From an uncultured Candidatus Saccharibacteria bacterium (lineage in GTDB: Bacteria > Patescibacteriota > Saccharimonadia > Saccharimonadales > Saccharimonadaceae), in assembly GCA_964388795.1 (NCBI GenBank), contig CAYMBV010000001.1:238701-302700 (forward strand): DNA of 64,000 nt, in the 5' to 3' direction. The notes beneath the pieces were generated by a model. That model was not told the origin of the DNA. It did no database searches and worked only from the letters and a program-made list of their open reading frames with translations. Of the stretch, positions 37,825 through 47,799 are shown one piece after another (position 1 is the first letter of the stretch; the number at the start of each line of letters is the position of its first letter). The position numbers and the translations under genes were made by a program.

Positions 37825-38116
37825 TCTATTTTCTTCTTTGCCTGTTTATAACTGGTTAAAAAATGTGTACAGCTTGTGTATTAGCTATAGTAATGGACGT
37901 GTAAATACATCCACACCTGCCTACCCTACACAGGCCAGCTACCGTAGTATGGGTGTACAACTCCCCTTTTATACTCAAGTTTTAGCCAGTTTTACACCAA
38001 GTCTATACACACGTTTTTTTGAAAATCTACCACTGTTAAACGTACAGTTATTCACACTTTCCACACCCCCTATTATTAGTAAGACGAATTAAAAATAAGA
38101 AAGGAATCATAATAGT
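37825..38116. other. oriC unwinding region (dnaA-dnaN intergenic)
   Basis: Several degenerate DnaA boxes; tandem TTATTCACA/CTTTCCACA (38048-38065), CCCCC, then CTA-TTA-TTA-GTA trios and an AT-rich tract. Confidence 0.85.
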
Positions 38117-39217
38117 ATGGAACTCACCGTGACACAGGAAAACTTCGCCAGAGCTCTCTCTGCAACTGGTCGAATCGCAAGCTCTAAAACACAACTACCA
38201 ATTCTTAGTAATATCTTATTAAGGACAGACGGTAACCGCCTCCTCATCGCTGCAACAAATTTGGAAATTGCTACAACGCAATATATTGGTGCAAAAATCA
38301 CTAAACCAGGCGCAATTACTATCCCCGCTCGACTTATTTCAGAATTCATCTCAAGCCTACCGAAAGGCTCTATTGAACTCAAGGTAACCGGCGAGAATAT
38401 GCATATCACTAGTGGAAAATATCACTCTATTATTAATGGAGTAATTGCCGACGACTTTCCTGAACTTCCTACTATTAATGAAGAAAATTCTGTTTCATAC
38501 GCTATTAATAGTGAAGAATTTAAACAGTCGGTTTCTCAAACTATTATTACCTCAAGTAACGACTCGACACGGCCAGTTCTTACAGGAGTTTATTGGCACT
38601 CACACGAGGGTTGGATATACCTTGCAGCTACCGACGGTTACAGGCTTTCTGAGCGCCGCCTCGTTGAAACAAAAAGCGAAGTAGCTGCGATTATTCCAAC
38701 ATCAACACTTCAGGAAGTACTCCGTACCCTTACAGATGACAGCGACACTATTGAAATTTTATTTGATGAAAGCCAGGTGCGATTCCGTATCAACGAAGCA
38801 GAGATAATTAGTCGACTTATTGACGGTAATTTTCCAGACTACCGCCAGTTAATTCCTGCTAAATCTGATATTACTGCTGTTATGGATAAACAAGAGTTTA
38901 ATAGGGTTGTGAAAATCTCTGGCCTCTTTGCTCGCGAGTCTGGTGGTAGCGTCACAGTCACAGTCGATAGTGACAAGAAAACCGTCTCACTTCACTCTAT
39001 TGCCTCTGAACTAGGTGAAAACACCTCCGAGCTTGACGCGACAATTACTGGTGATGGTCAAATTACTCTTAATTCAAGGTATCTTACAGAAGCACTTAAC
39101 GTCTTAGATGCTGAATCACTCTCACTAAGCTTTAGTGGTAAACTCTCTCCTTGTATTATTAAATCGACAGTAAAAGATACTAATTACTACCACGTTATTA
39201 TGCCCCTAAAGAGTTAA
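38117..39217 (+). CDS. dnaN: DNA polymerase III beta clamp
   Basis: LPILSNILL, AATNLEI, RPVLTGVY, AATDGYRL, SRLIDGNFPDY, VIMPLK. Confidence 0.99.
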   Translation: MELTVTQENFARALSATGRIASSKTQLPILSNILLRTDGNRLLIAATNLEIATTQYIGAKITKPGAITIPARLISEFISSLPKGSIELKVTGENMHITSGKYHSIINGVIADDFPELPTINEENSVSYAINSEEFKQSVSQTIITSSNDSTRPVLTGVYWHSHEGWIYLAATDGYRLSERRLVETKSEVAAIIPTSTLQEVLRTLTDDSDTIEILFDESQVRFRINEAEIISRLIDGNFPDYRQLIPAKSDITAVMDKQEFNRVVKISGLFARESGGSVTVTVDSDKKTVSLHSIASELGENTSELDATITGDGQITLNSRYLTEALNVLDAESLSLSFSGKLSPCIIKSTVKDTNYYHVIMPLKS

Positions 39218-39243
39218 GTAATTGTTGTAGGTAATACAACTAT

Positions 39244-40326
39244 ATGACTTCAATCAAGAAAGTACGAGTTCAAAACCTAAGATCTCATAAAGATTATATT
39301 ATTGAGTTCTCTCCAGAAGTGACGATTATTACCGGCGCAAACGGAAGTGGTAAGACGACTCTTCTTGAGGCAATACACCTCACATTACAGGGAAGTTCTT
39401 TTAAGGGTAGCGACGGTGAATTATTAAAAAAAGACTTACTCTGGTGGCGAATAGACACAGAATTTACTAATTCTGAAATACGAACCATTAAGTTCGATTC
39501 TCAAAAAGTAACCAGTCGAAAACAATTCACTATCGACAATAAAACGACCGCCCGCATACCCCAAAAGAATAAATACCCAGTTGTATTATTTGAACCAGAA
39601 GATCTACGCCTATTACATGGCTCCCCTACTCGCCGTCGCCGGTTTATTGATATTTTCATTAGTCAACTTAACCCACTCTACGGGCCGACGCTACGAAAAT
39701 ATGAACGTGCCCTAAAACAACGAAATAATGTGCTTAAAAGTTTAGCGAAAAATCACCTTTCATCTCAAGACGATACACTCTTTGCTTGGAATGTATCGCT
39801 TGCCGAACACGGCGCGTTTATTATTGAACAACGAATTGCTTTTATTGAACAAATCAACCAAAATCTTACAAAAATATATCAGGAAATAGCCGGCACAAAC
39901 GACGATGTTTCAGTTCACTATTCGCATACTTTTGTTGGTGATATAAAACAAAAACTCCTAAACGAACTACACGCCCATACTAATAAAGACATCTACCTAG
40001 GTAGTACATCGGTCGGCCCGCATCGACACGATGTTATTTTTGAAATTAATACCTCCCCCGCTCTATCGGTTGCATCACGCGGCGAGGCCCGAACAATTGT
40101 TTTAGCCCTGAAGTTTTTAGAGGTAGACATTATTGAACAATTAATTGATAAACAACCAATTATCCTTCTCGACGACGTTTTCTCTGAACTCGACGCAACG
40201 CGCCAGAAACTGCTCACGAGTCAGTTAAAAGGTCATCAAATTATTATCACTTCTGCAACCAGTCATGCTGGTGAAAGCCTAAGGCATGTCGAGCTAGACA
40301 CTAATGCCCGCCGTAGAAGTATTTAA
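39244..40326 (+). CDS. recF: DNA replication/repair protein RecF
   Basis: GANGSGKTTLLEAI, PTRRRRFID, GPHRHD, ASRGEAR, ILLDDVFSELD. Confidence 0.96.
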   Translation: MTSIKKVRVQNLRSHKDYIIEFSPEVTIITGANGSGKTTLLEAIHLTLQGSSFKGSDGELLKKDLLWWRIDTEFTNSEIRTIKFDSQKVTSRKQFTIDNKTTARIPQKNKYPVVLFEPEDLRLLHGSPTRRRRFIDIFISQLNPLYGPTLRKYERALKQRNNVLKSLAKNHLSSQDDTLFAWNVSLAEHGAFIIEQRIAFIEQINQNLTKIYQEIAGTNDDVSVHYSHTFVGDIKQKLLNELHAHTNKDIYLGSTSVGPHRHDVIFEINTSPALSVASRGEARTIVLALKFLEVDIIEQLIDKQPIILLDDVFSELDATRQKLLTSQLKGHQIIITSATSHAGESLRHVELDTNARRRSI

Positions 40327-40930
40327 TAGTATAGTCTTCTGGCTTAAAACCAAGTGACCATATTTTTTCTAAAGCCTTCTCTTTTCCTAAGCCTGCTTTA
40401 TCATAATAAACAACCGAAAGTATATCCTGGTTGTCTTTTTGGTAAGCGATGATGTAATCATCAGTACTTAAAGGTAAATACGCCTGAAGGGTCGGTTTAA
40501 CAAACATATCCTCTAGAGATATACAGGCGTCACTAGTACGACAGGTGATAACCGTGTCGCCATTTATCTCCCCTTTTCTGGTTGTTTGCATTGAGACATT
40601 CCAGGATGTATCTCCATCTTTCAACTTAACAGTAAAGGTGGAGAACCACGACTCCGGCGAGTATTTATACGACCCGTCTACTATAGAGGCATGATAAACA
40701 CTCTTGGTCGGATCTTTTATATATCTATATAAATCGTTCCCTAAATAACCAAAAGATTCTGGTGATATATAGGTTGTATAGTCAGAGAAATTATCAATAA
40801 TGACTGTTTTATCTGCTGTCTGTGTTGGGGGTATCTTAGGTATCGAGGCAAAATATATCACTAGAACAACAGAAATAATAATAAAAATCGCAGCTGTGAC
40901 AATAAGTATTAGTAGGGCTTTTCTATTCAT
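40301..40930 (-). CDS. Membrane-anchored hypothetical protein, last gene of the T4SS-like operon
   Basis: N-terminal TM, 209 aa; 1 bp after the upstream stop; 3' end overlaps recF convergently by 26 bp. Confidence 0.75.
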   Translation of the reverse strand: MNRKALLILIVTAAIFIIISVVLVIYFASIPKIPPTQTADKTVIIDNFSDYTTYISPESFGYLGNDLYRYIKDPTKSVYHASIVDGSYKYSPESWFSTFTVKLKDGDTSWNVSMQTTRKGEINGDTVITCRTSDACISLEDMFVKPTLQAYLPLSTDDYIIAYQKDNQDILSVVYYDKAGLGKEKALEKIWSLGFKPEDYTIKYFYGGH

Positions 40931-40931
40931 G

Positions 40932-42329
40932 CTAGTTATTTAAAAACTCCATCATTTTTTTACCCATCTCTTCTGCAATAGAGCTATCTAAAGGTGTTGC
41001 AACATTATTATATGTATATCTATTGGAGTGAATTGACTTAAATGCTTCAAATGATGGAAATTCGTAAACAGTCACCGAGCGTCCACTACCTCTATGACTA
41101 AAGCTTTGCGTAGCATTTGAATCACCACTCGACCAGTTGAGCTCAAGAGAGATGATTGATCCATCTGTGCCGACACCTACTATCGTTCCTGTGTGACCAG
41201 GTTGTCCAGATGAGCTACCTTCACCAATAGACCAGACTGAAAACGGTTGTAGGTTAGAACCATCAGGATTAACCGATGTATATATCTCTGGTATCGATGC
41301 AACAAGCTGATCTGCAACGTTCACACCGTTTGGAATCCCCCTTAACCTAGAGGGGTCCGGAAGGGTTCTTTTCACTAACCAAGCGGGACCCGCCGTACAG
41401 TACCCTGTCGTCCACGAACAATACCCGTCCGGTGTATCACTTGTGAGGATATCGCCCGCACAGTAATTAGTCTCCCAATTATCAACTAACTTCTTAGCCA
41501 CCTCAACCGCTTGATCAAACGTTAGGCCGCCCGCACCAATACTACAACTTCCCGCAGTACTGCCAGAGTCTTGATAAAGCTCAAGAAATTCGTTTGCTTT
41601 CTCAATACGCCCAGTTAGAACACCCGCGCCAGATACCCTGTCGGCTTCGGTAGGTACGTCATTAGACCGTTCAATAAGGGCATGGAAAAGCATCGTTGAT
41701 CCATTACCTTCTTGAGACTTAGCGCGTTGTGCGGCAAATTTACTATTATAGCTAGCAATTGTTGTATCACCATCAACTGACTTTTCGGCATTCAGTTGCT
41801 GTTGCCAAGTCATTGCACCGTACTCGCCGTCCCATAGATAGTTTAATTCAAATAGAAGAGCCTGGTCGTTATCTTTAAGGTCAACACCGGCCGCAGCCGC
41901 GGCATTTTCTAAACCAGTTCGTCTAGTGCCGGTCCATTGAATAATACCTAACCCACCGCCACCGCCTATTTCCTCTACTGACGCTGAAAAACTACTTTCG
42001 TGTGCAATATTACCCATTGCCCCAGCTGCAGCGACAGGTGTGAGTCCCCTATCTTTAAAATAATTCCAAGTTTTATCTTGGTTGGTTTGACCACTAAGGG
42101 ATGTAGGCGCTGGCCCAGTGAGACTACCACCCGACACCGCGCAACTATCACAGCCATAAAAAAGAATATTATTATTACTATAATAGTCGTAGTCACACCC
42201 AGCGACAGCACTAGCTGGTTGCGAGTAACTAAGGGTTGGTATTGACCCGACGATAAGTAAGAGAGCTAATACCTTTAATACAGTGGCTTTAGTGAGTATT
42301 TTATGAAAAGCTTTAAGATACGTTTTCAT
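40932..42329 (-). CDS. Secreted peptidoglycan hydrolase: phage-tail-type lysozyme + CHAP-like domain (VirB1 role)
   Basis: Signal peptide; WNYFKDRGLTPVAAAGAMGNIAHES…GLGIIQWTGTRR; C-terminal YCTAGPAW…GHTGTIVGV…ELN. Confidence 0.8.
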   Translation of the reverse strand: MKTYLKAFHKILTKATVLKVLALLLIVGSIPTLSYSQPASAVAGCDYDYYSNNNILFYGCDSCAVSGGSLTGPAPTSLSGQTNQDKTWNYFKDRGLTPVAAAGAMGNIAHESSFSASVEEIGGGGGLGIIQWTGTRRTGLENAAAAAGVDLKDNDQALLFELNYLWDGEYGAMTWQQQLNAEKSVDGDTTIASYNSKFAAQRAKSQEGNGSTMLFHALIERSNDVPTEADRVSGAGVLTGRIEKANEFLELYQDSGSTAGSCSIGAGGLTFDQAVEVAKKLVDNWETNYCAGDILTSDTPDGYCSWTTGYCTAGPAWLVKRTLPDPSRLRGIPNGVNVADQLVASIPEIYTSVNPDGSNLQPFSVWSIGEGSSSGQPGHTGTIVGVGTDGSIISLELNWSSGDSNATQSFSHRGSGRSVTVYEFPSFEAFKSIHSNRYTYNNVATPLDSSIAEEMGKKMMEFLNN

Positions 42330-42332
42330 TTT

Positions 42333-44975
42333 TTATTTTCCACCCCCTATAGCAATATAAGGACGAGCTGGGGAAAATAGAGCTATTTTTGCCAGTAACC
42401 CATTTGGCAATGAAGATTGTGGTGAAAGTAGCGCTGCAAAGCCCTCACTAAAGGTCTTTATCTTCTTAGCCGCCTTAGAGAAGATATCTAAAAAGAACGA
42501 GGCGGTCTCTGTTTGAGTAGTTGTGTTAGTATGTGCCTCGGCTAATTGAGAGTAATCTATATCGGTAGTTTGGTCGTAAAATGCTAGTGCATTTGAAGAA
42601 TTATCTTCGTAACCCACTTCATTATCTTCTCCAGAAAGAATATCTTCCACCTGCATGTCGTATAGATACAGCGACTGTGCAGCGCGAGTTTTTTCATCTA
42701 CACCAGGGATAGTACCCGACCTTGCCTCTAAGCATGTTTGTTCACCGTCCTCTTTATAGCACACCTCGTCTGATTCGGTTGAAGTCGTATTAGCGCCTTT
42801 AATCGTACAGCCGGTTACCGACTCTAGGTCACCTTCACTACAATCTGCCATCATCATCATGATGTTACTGTCGTCTTTTGGTTGACCTGTTTCCGCGTTT
42901 ACTTCACCAGCAACTAGGTTATAGACCTCGGTAGTTGACATCCCTAGATATTGCGACGGAATACCCGTACAAGGGTACCCAGCTGCGTTAATAGCGATTT
43001 CTTCGTTAATACCAAACTCTTTAGCGTGGCCGCAATTTGATACTGCTGAATCGGCAGCAGATACCTTATTTGTGAGTATGCTAAACGGTGAGTTGATGAC
43101 CGAGCCTATCATAGAAAACGCTGACTGTAGCGGATTTCCTGGAACACTATAGAGCGAGAGGTTCGATACGATACTACCCATAAAAGTATATTGACTCGAA
43201 GTATCAAAAGGACTTAATGTCGCAATATCTTCCTCACGGCGTTCATCTGCTAGCTGTTGCATACTTTCACTGAAACCAGCCACCTGGTTAGTGGTAAGAA
43301 CCGCAGAACCACCAGCTAAGCTTGCCATAGGAAAGAAGGTTAACATCGCTGTCCCTAGTGCATCACCCAGCTCAACACCTTTTGCGCCCGTGACATAGTT
43401 ACCTATAAAAGGTGCTATTGTATCGTAAGCAAAACTCGCAATATTCTCTATAAACCCTGATTCTGTTGCAAAGTGTATAATTGCCGTAATCGCCCCGAGG
43501 CCAACAGCCACTTTTGTGACTGCCCATAAGCTCGCACGAATAGCTGCGGCAATACCACCGGAGGCTGCGCTTGCAGCGGCCCATATACCACTCGATGCCA
43601 AGGCTGCCTGTGGTGTACTGACGAGGTCGCAGGCTTCTCTTGTCGCTGTATCAATAGTACCAGTCGCCTGTATAGCAGGGTTAGAAAGCAAGAAGAACCC
43701 AGGGGCATATTTGGTCGATACACCGATTCGGTTAGAATTGACACCAATAGCACTCATGAGTATCGCTGAATCAAGCGCTGACTTTCCGTCGACTTTTTCA
43801 GTGAGTGAAGAACCAATAGCATCGAGTGCCTCGGGTTTAATTTCACCAGCCGATTGGGCACCCGCCGGTGAAAGTATAAGGTCTGAAAGAAGAATACCAA
43901 GTTGTACTGCCTGAATTGCACGGAAAGTGCCAGCAATAAAGCGAGGCATCGCAATAGCCGTGCAGGCCGTAACACCAATAGCTAGTATAGGGTCGCCACC
44001 AGTATTACCCACCTTCATACCCACTCTTCGGAGTAGTTTTTCAATACGTTCTGCGAATTTACCTTTTGCACCCTCACCTTTGACACCATCTTTTGGTGTC
44101 ATTCTCTCGTTCACTTTATCGCCAATATTATTTTTTTTGAGATCAGTATCGGCCGCTAAGCCTCCGTTGCGCTTAAACCCAAACTTATGAAAGAAGTTCT
44201 TGGCCATATATCTGCCGTTATAACCAAAGAACAGCATATTTTTTGCGCCCTTTACGCCTTTTCGGAAAACGGGATTCTTCTTATATTCCGAGGTAAGGTC
44301 GGCAGCAAGAATAGTCCTCTTCCCCCCTTTACCATCGTCAATTTCGTAGCTTGTTGGGTTTGTATCGACGTAGCCATTGCCCGAGTAATCAACGCCTAAG
44401 GGTTTTATACCCTTTCTCTCAAGTGCTGATAAGAAAGATTTTGGCATCTTTCCCATACGACATTGCTTTAGCTTTAAGTCAGAGCACCCACTACCATTAC
44501 CAACCGTTGCAAGCTTTTGTAAGAGCCTCTGCTCTAAAATACTACTACGAGTGTCGTTTTTGGCGACCCCGTTTTGCATTAAGTTTGGCAGCAAAAACGA
44601 CGGCATCAAAGCACCACCAAAAAGAAGCGCCGCAATACCTGCGCCACCTCCGCCAATACCGAACCAAGAGCTCTTCTTTTTATACCAAGGTATTTTCACG
44701 CTTTGGGTATTATTACTTCGGTTAACACCCCACCCACCGGCTGGAACGTCACCTTCAGATTCTTTTTCACGTAGCTTATCGGCAGCTCGCCCAATATTTG
44801 CATCTTCTGCCGAGCTATCTGCAGTATCGTTTTTGAGCGAACGCTCGAAGTCGTCCATATTGATGTTGCCGCGTTTTTCAGCACCGGCCAAGTCAGCTAA
44901 CGCGTCGGCGTGGCGTTCGCCTGGATTAAGCTTGTCTTGCTTCTGGTCGTCTGGAAGGAGTGTCGGCGCTGGCAT
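42333..44975 (-). CDS. Large multi-TM T4SS-associated protein of unknown function
   Basis: 880 aa; charged N-terminus, Gly-rich TM (GIGGGGAGIAALLFGG), several hydrophobic Ala/Gly segments, Cys-containing C-terminus. Confidence 0.75.
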   Translation of the reverse strand: MPAPTLLPDDQKQDKLNPGERHADALADLAGAEKRGNINMDDFERSLKNDTADSSAEDANIGRAADKLREKESEGDVPAGGWGVNRSNNTQSVKIPWYKKKSSWFGIGGGGAGIAALLFGGALMPSFLLPNLMQNGVAKNDTRSSILEQRLLQKLATVGNGSGCSDLKLKQCRMGKMPKSFLSALERKGIKPLGVDYSGNGYVDTNPTSYEIDDGKGGKRTILAADLTSEYKKNPVFRKGVKGAKNMLFFGYNGRYMAKNFFHKFGFKRNGGLAADTDLKKNNIGDKVNERMTPKDGVKGEGAKGKFAERIEKLLRRVGMKVGNTGGDPILAIGVTACTAIAMPRFIAGTFRAIQAVQLGILLSDLILSPAGAQSAGEIKPEALDAIGSSLTEKVDGKSALDSAILMSAIGVNSNRIGVSTKYAPGFFLLSNPAIQATGTIDTATREACDLVSTPQAALASSGIWAAASAASGGIAAAIRASLWAVTKVAVGLGAITAIIHFATESGFIENIASFAYDTIAPFIGNYVTGAKGVELGDALGTAMLTFFPMASLAGGSAVLTTNQVAGFSESMQQLADERREEDIATLSPFDTSSQYTFMGSIVSNLSLYSVPGNPLQSAFSMIGSVINSPFSILTNKVSAADSAVSNCGHAKEFGINEEIAINAAGYPCTGIPSQYLGMSTTEVYNLVAGEVNAETGQPKDDSNIMMMMADCSEGDLESVTGCTIKGANTTSTESDEVCYKEDGEQTCLEARSGTIPGVDEKTRAAQSLYLYDMQVEDILSGEDNEVGYEDNSSNALAFYDQTTDIDYSQLAEAHTNTTTQTETASFFLDIFSKAAKKIKTFSEGFAALLSPQSSLPNGLLAKIALFSPARPYIAIGGGK

Positions 44976-44987
44976 AACTACCCTTTA

Positions 44988-46841
44988 TTATAGTCCAGTT
45001 TGTTGTTTTTGTAGCTCGGTCTGTTCTTGTTGGGCGGCTTGAGGGTTGGTAGTAATAAGTTGTGTTTCGGTCTGACTAGCTTGAATCTGAATATGGACGT
45101 GACTTTGACCAGCAAAGAATAGCCCCTGACCAATTGGGAAGTTTGCAAGACGTTTCTTTTCTTCCTCAGTTAATTTGAAAACATCTGAAAGAACATCAAC
45201 CGCACTCGACGACTGCTTGAGCAATAGTTGCAGTGAGCTGTTTGAAACAATCGCACGCCCCATTTTGCTACTCATGAAGTCCTCGACGTCTTGTGAGATG
45301 GTGGTTAAACCAAGGAAATATTTACGGGCACGCTTGGCAAGGCTAAACAAGAAGTTAGCAGAATCTTCATATTTCATTAATTGCCATGCTTCATCAACAA
45401 TAAGCATACGTTTTCGCTGGTCGGTACGAGTAACGTTCCAGATGTGACTTAGGACAATATACATCGCAACCGGGCGGAGCTCATCTTCGAGGTCTCGAAT
45501 ATTAAACACCACCATAGGATTGTTAATGTCGATGTTTGATTGCTGACTAAAGATACCCGCAAAAGTACCAGTTGTGTATTTACGTAACCTTTGTGCTAAC
45601 CCTGGGCCGCTACCACCCATGTGGAGTAGTGTGTCATAGAGGTCGCTAATGGTTGGTGGTGGTGACTGGTGTGTCAGAGGGTCGCTGGTAATACCCACAC
45701 GTGCGTAAGTGTCGATGAGCGCTTGGTCGAGGTCGGCTTCTTCGGAAGGGCTCAGGGCGGCAACTGGCATACCGTTTGCACCTAACTGCGAACCACCAAG
45801 CATTAAACGGAAAAGGCCGTGCAAGGTAACGAGGTTTGCGCGCAGGGCGTCAGTGGCTTCGTCGCTATCAATGACTCGAGGTAAATCAAAGGGGTTGATA
45901 CGTGTTTGTGAGTTAAGGCTGAGTCGGATATACGCACCACCCACTGCATCGGAAAGCTTTTGATACTCATTTTCAGGGTCAATAATAATCACTTCGGCAC
46001 CCATCATCATACTGCGAAGCGCTTCGAGTTTGACGGTAAACGACTTACCTGCACCAGACTTTGCGAACACTACCATGTTGGCGTTTTCCAATTTGTAGCG
46101 GTCGAAAATAACCAGACCGTTATTGTGCATATTAATACCATACAAAATACCCGAATTATCAGTCAGGTCGGCACTGGTGAATGGGAAGCTGGTGCTAATA
46201 GCGCCGGTGTTCATGTTACGACGAATCTGTAGTTGGTCGGACATTTGCGGAATGGTACTATTGAGCCCCTGCTCTTGCTGTGAAGAAGCTACCTTACTGA
46301 AGACCATTTGCTGCCCAAAGATTGTCTCGATTTTTTGCTGCACAAAGTTGAGCTCGTCCATACTGTCTGCCCATAAAGTGACGTAAAGGCCAAACCTAAA
46401 GAACCGCTCGGCGCCCACCTGAATTTGGTCACGAAGCTCCTCGGCGTCATTAATAGCCGCTTCGAGGGCTGGGTCACGAACCCTCCCCTTTTCACTGTTA
46501 ATAGAGGCGCTCGCTTCAAGCTGAGTCACTTTTTTACGCAAGTTATTTAGCACCACCTGGCTTTCAACCGGGTAGATATACATACTGAGGTCAAGTACCT
46601 CGTCGATATTAATAAGTGGACTTAACCAACCGGTATAAATTTCGCGGGGGTAGCCGTACACATAGAGTGTTCGGCCGTACTTTGTACCTAACCGAAAATG
46701 CCCAGCGTGAATCTCGATACTACTTGGGGCAATGAGGTCACGTAGGGTTGAGACGCCCTTAAGAAACGCCTGCTCAATTTCAGCCTGCTCGTTCGCACGC
46801 TGTTCGGCAGCGATATCGTTAGCAGATTTTTGCTTTGCCAT
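44988..46841 (-). CDS. VirB4-family ATPase (TraC/ConE-like), short form
   Basis: VVFAKSGAGKSF (Walker A), IIDPENEY, INPFD, MLIVDEAW (Walker B), RARKY…TTISQD. Confidence 0.92.
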   Translation of the reverse strand: MAKQKSANDIAAEQRANEQAEIEQAFLKGVSTLRDLIAPSSIEIHAGHFRLGTKYGRTLYVYGYPREIYTGWLSPLINIDEVLDLSMYIYPVESQVVLNNLRKKVTQLEASASINSEKGRVRDPALEAAINDAEELRDQIQVGAERFFRFGLYVTLWADSMDELNFVQQKIETIFGQQMVFSKVASSQQEQGLNSTIPQMSDQLQIRRNMNTGAISTSFPFTSADLTDNSGILYGINMHNNGLVIFDRYKLENANMVVFAKSGAGKSFTVKLEALRSMMMGAEVIIIDPENEYQKLSDAVGGAYIRLSLNSQTRINPFDLPRVIDSDEATDALRANLVTLHGLFRLMLGGSQLGANGMPVAALSPSEEADLDQALIDTYARVGITSDPLTHQSPPPTISDLYDTLLHMGGSGPGLAQRLRKYTTGTFAGIFSQQSNIDINNPMVVFNIRDLEDELRPVAMYIVLSHIWNVTRTDQRKRMLIVDEAWQLMKYEDSANFLFSLAKRARKYFLGLTTISQDVEDFMSSKMGRAIVSNSSLQLLLKQSSSAVDVLSDVFKLTEEEKKRLANFPIGQGLFFAGQSHVHIQIQASQTETQLITTNPQAAQQEQTELQKQQTGL

Positions 46842-47764
46842 TATTGAGGCCCTCCCGGTGCTATCGGTGGAAATGGTGTTGCTACCGGTTGGTTAGCGAC
46901 CCCTGGTGCTGTGGGTACAACCGGTTGTGCCGCTGGCCCGCCACGCTTTACAAAAGTGTTAGCAACGGTGTCGAAATCGGCAAGCGGCTGACGTAGCGCA
47001 GTGTCGGGGTTATAGTGGTTGTAGTAGAGTTCGCCTAGTGACTTTGTATCGAGCTGTACACTTTGAATACCCATCTGAAAGAGGCCAGCCATGACGGTAT
47101 CGACACGGTTTTTAATTTCATCTTTGGCCTTTTGGTAGCTGGCGCCGTTAATATGGGTAATGCTATTTTGTGGCCGAGCAAATAATTTACCAAAGAAGCC
47201 CTTTCCTTGGTCGATAAGGTTTTGAGCATCACCATTTGGGAAGAACGGCACCACAATATAAAAGGTTTTTTCCATAATATTAGCTTCGTCTGCGAGGGCG
47301 TCGATAAAGTTAATGTAATCATCCATTAAGATACCAAGCAGCATATTATCTTGGGTGCGACGAATATTAACCAGCTTATCGATATACGGGCCAATATCGA
47401 CACGTTGTGAACGCACCAAAATTTGTATAGGGAAATTTAGTGAGTTCAGGAAGTTTTGGTAACTATATTCTACCCCTTCCCTTTCACGGTCACTCATGAG
47501 GTCGAAGTTAATAGACTTACAGGCAATGACTGCACGGAAGCTTCCGTCGTTCATAATGACGATACTATCGCGAACCTCAGAGAGCTGCAGGGTACTCTGT
47601 GTTGAGTTCGCGTTTTTAGGCATTGGCTTATTGGCGGGTTGAGTTGAGCCAACAACTGGGCCGGCTATTTGTGTCGGCGCACCAGATACTACCTGAGCTG
47701 GAGCAGCAGGTTGAGGTACCCCATTTTGCTGGGGTTGGTTAAACGGAAAATTATTAGGCGGCAT
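46841..47764 (-). CDS. T4SS accessory protein resembling a stand-alone VirB4 N-terminal-like domain
   Basis: STQSTLQLSEVRDSIVIMNDGSFRAV…SINFDLMS…FLNSLNFPIQILVRS; TAATG-coupled to virB4; ATG 47764 preferred over GTG 47782. Confidence 0.7.
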   Translation of the reverse strand: MPPNNFPFNQPQQNGVPQPAAPAQVVSGAPTQIAGPVVGSTQPANKPMPKNANSTQSTLQLSEVRDSIVIMNDGSFRAVIACKSINFDLMSDREREGVEYSYQNFLNSLNFPIQILVRSQRVDIGPYIDKLVNIRRTQDNMLLGILMDDYINFIDALADEANIMEKTFYIVVPFFPNGDAQNLIDQGKGFFGKLFARPQNSITHINGASYQKAKDEIKNRVDTVMAGLFQMGIQSVQLDTKSLGELYYNHYNPDTALRQPLADFDTVANTFVKRGGPAAQPVVPTAPGVANQPVATPFPPIAPGGPQ

Positions 47765-47799
47765 ACCCTCGCTGATTCCCACTCCTTTAGCCGGTCTAA

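Noticed and set aside
40301-40326. 26-bp convergent overlap of recF and the last T4SS gene as a sign of truncation or misassembly
   Set aside because: RecF retains all motifs through the Walker B/D-loop region; short 3' overlaps are common in compact genomes.
46835-46845. Frameshift splitting a single virB4
   Set aside because: The junction is a clean TAATG stop/start overlap typical of translational coupling.
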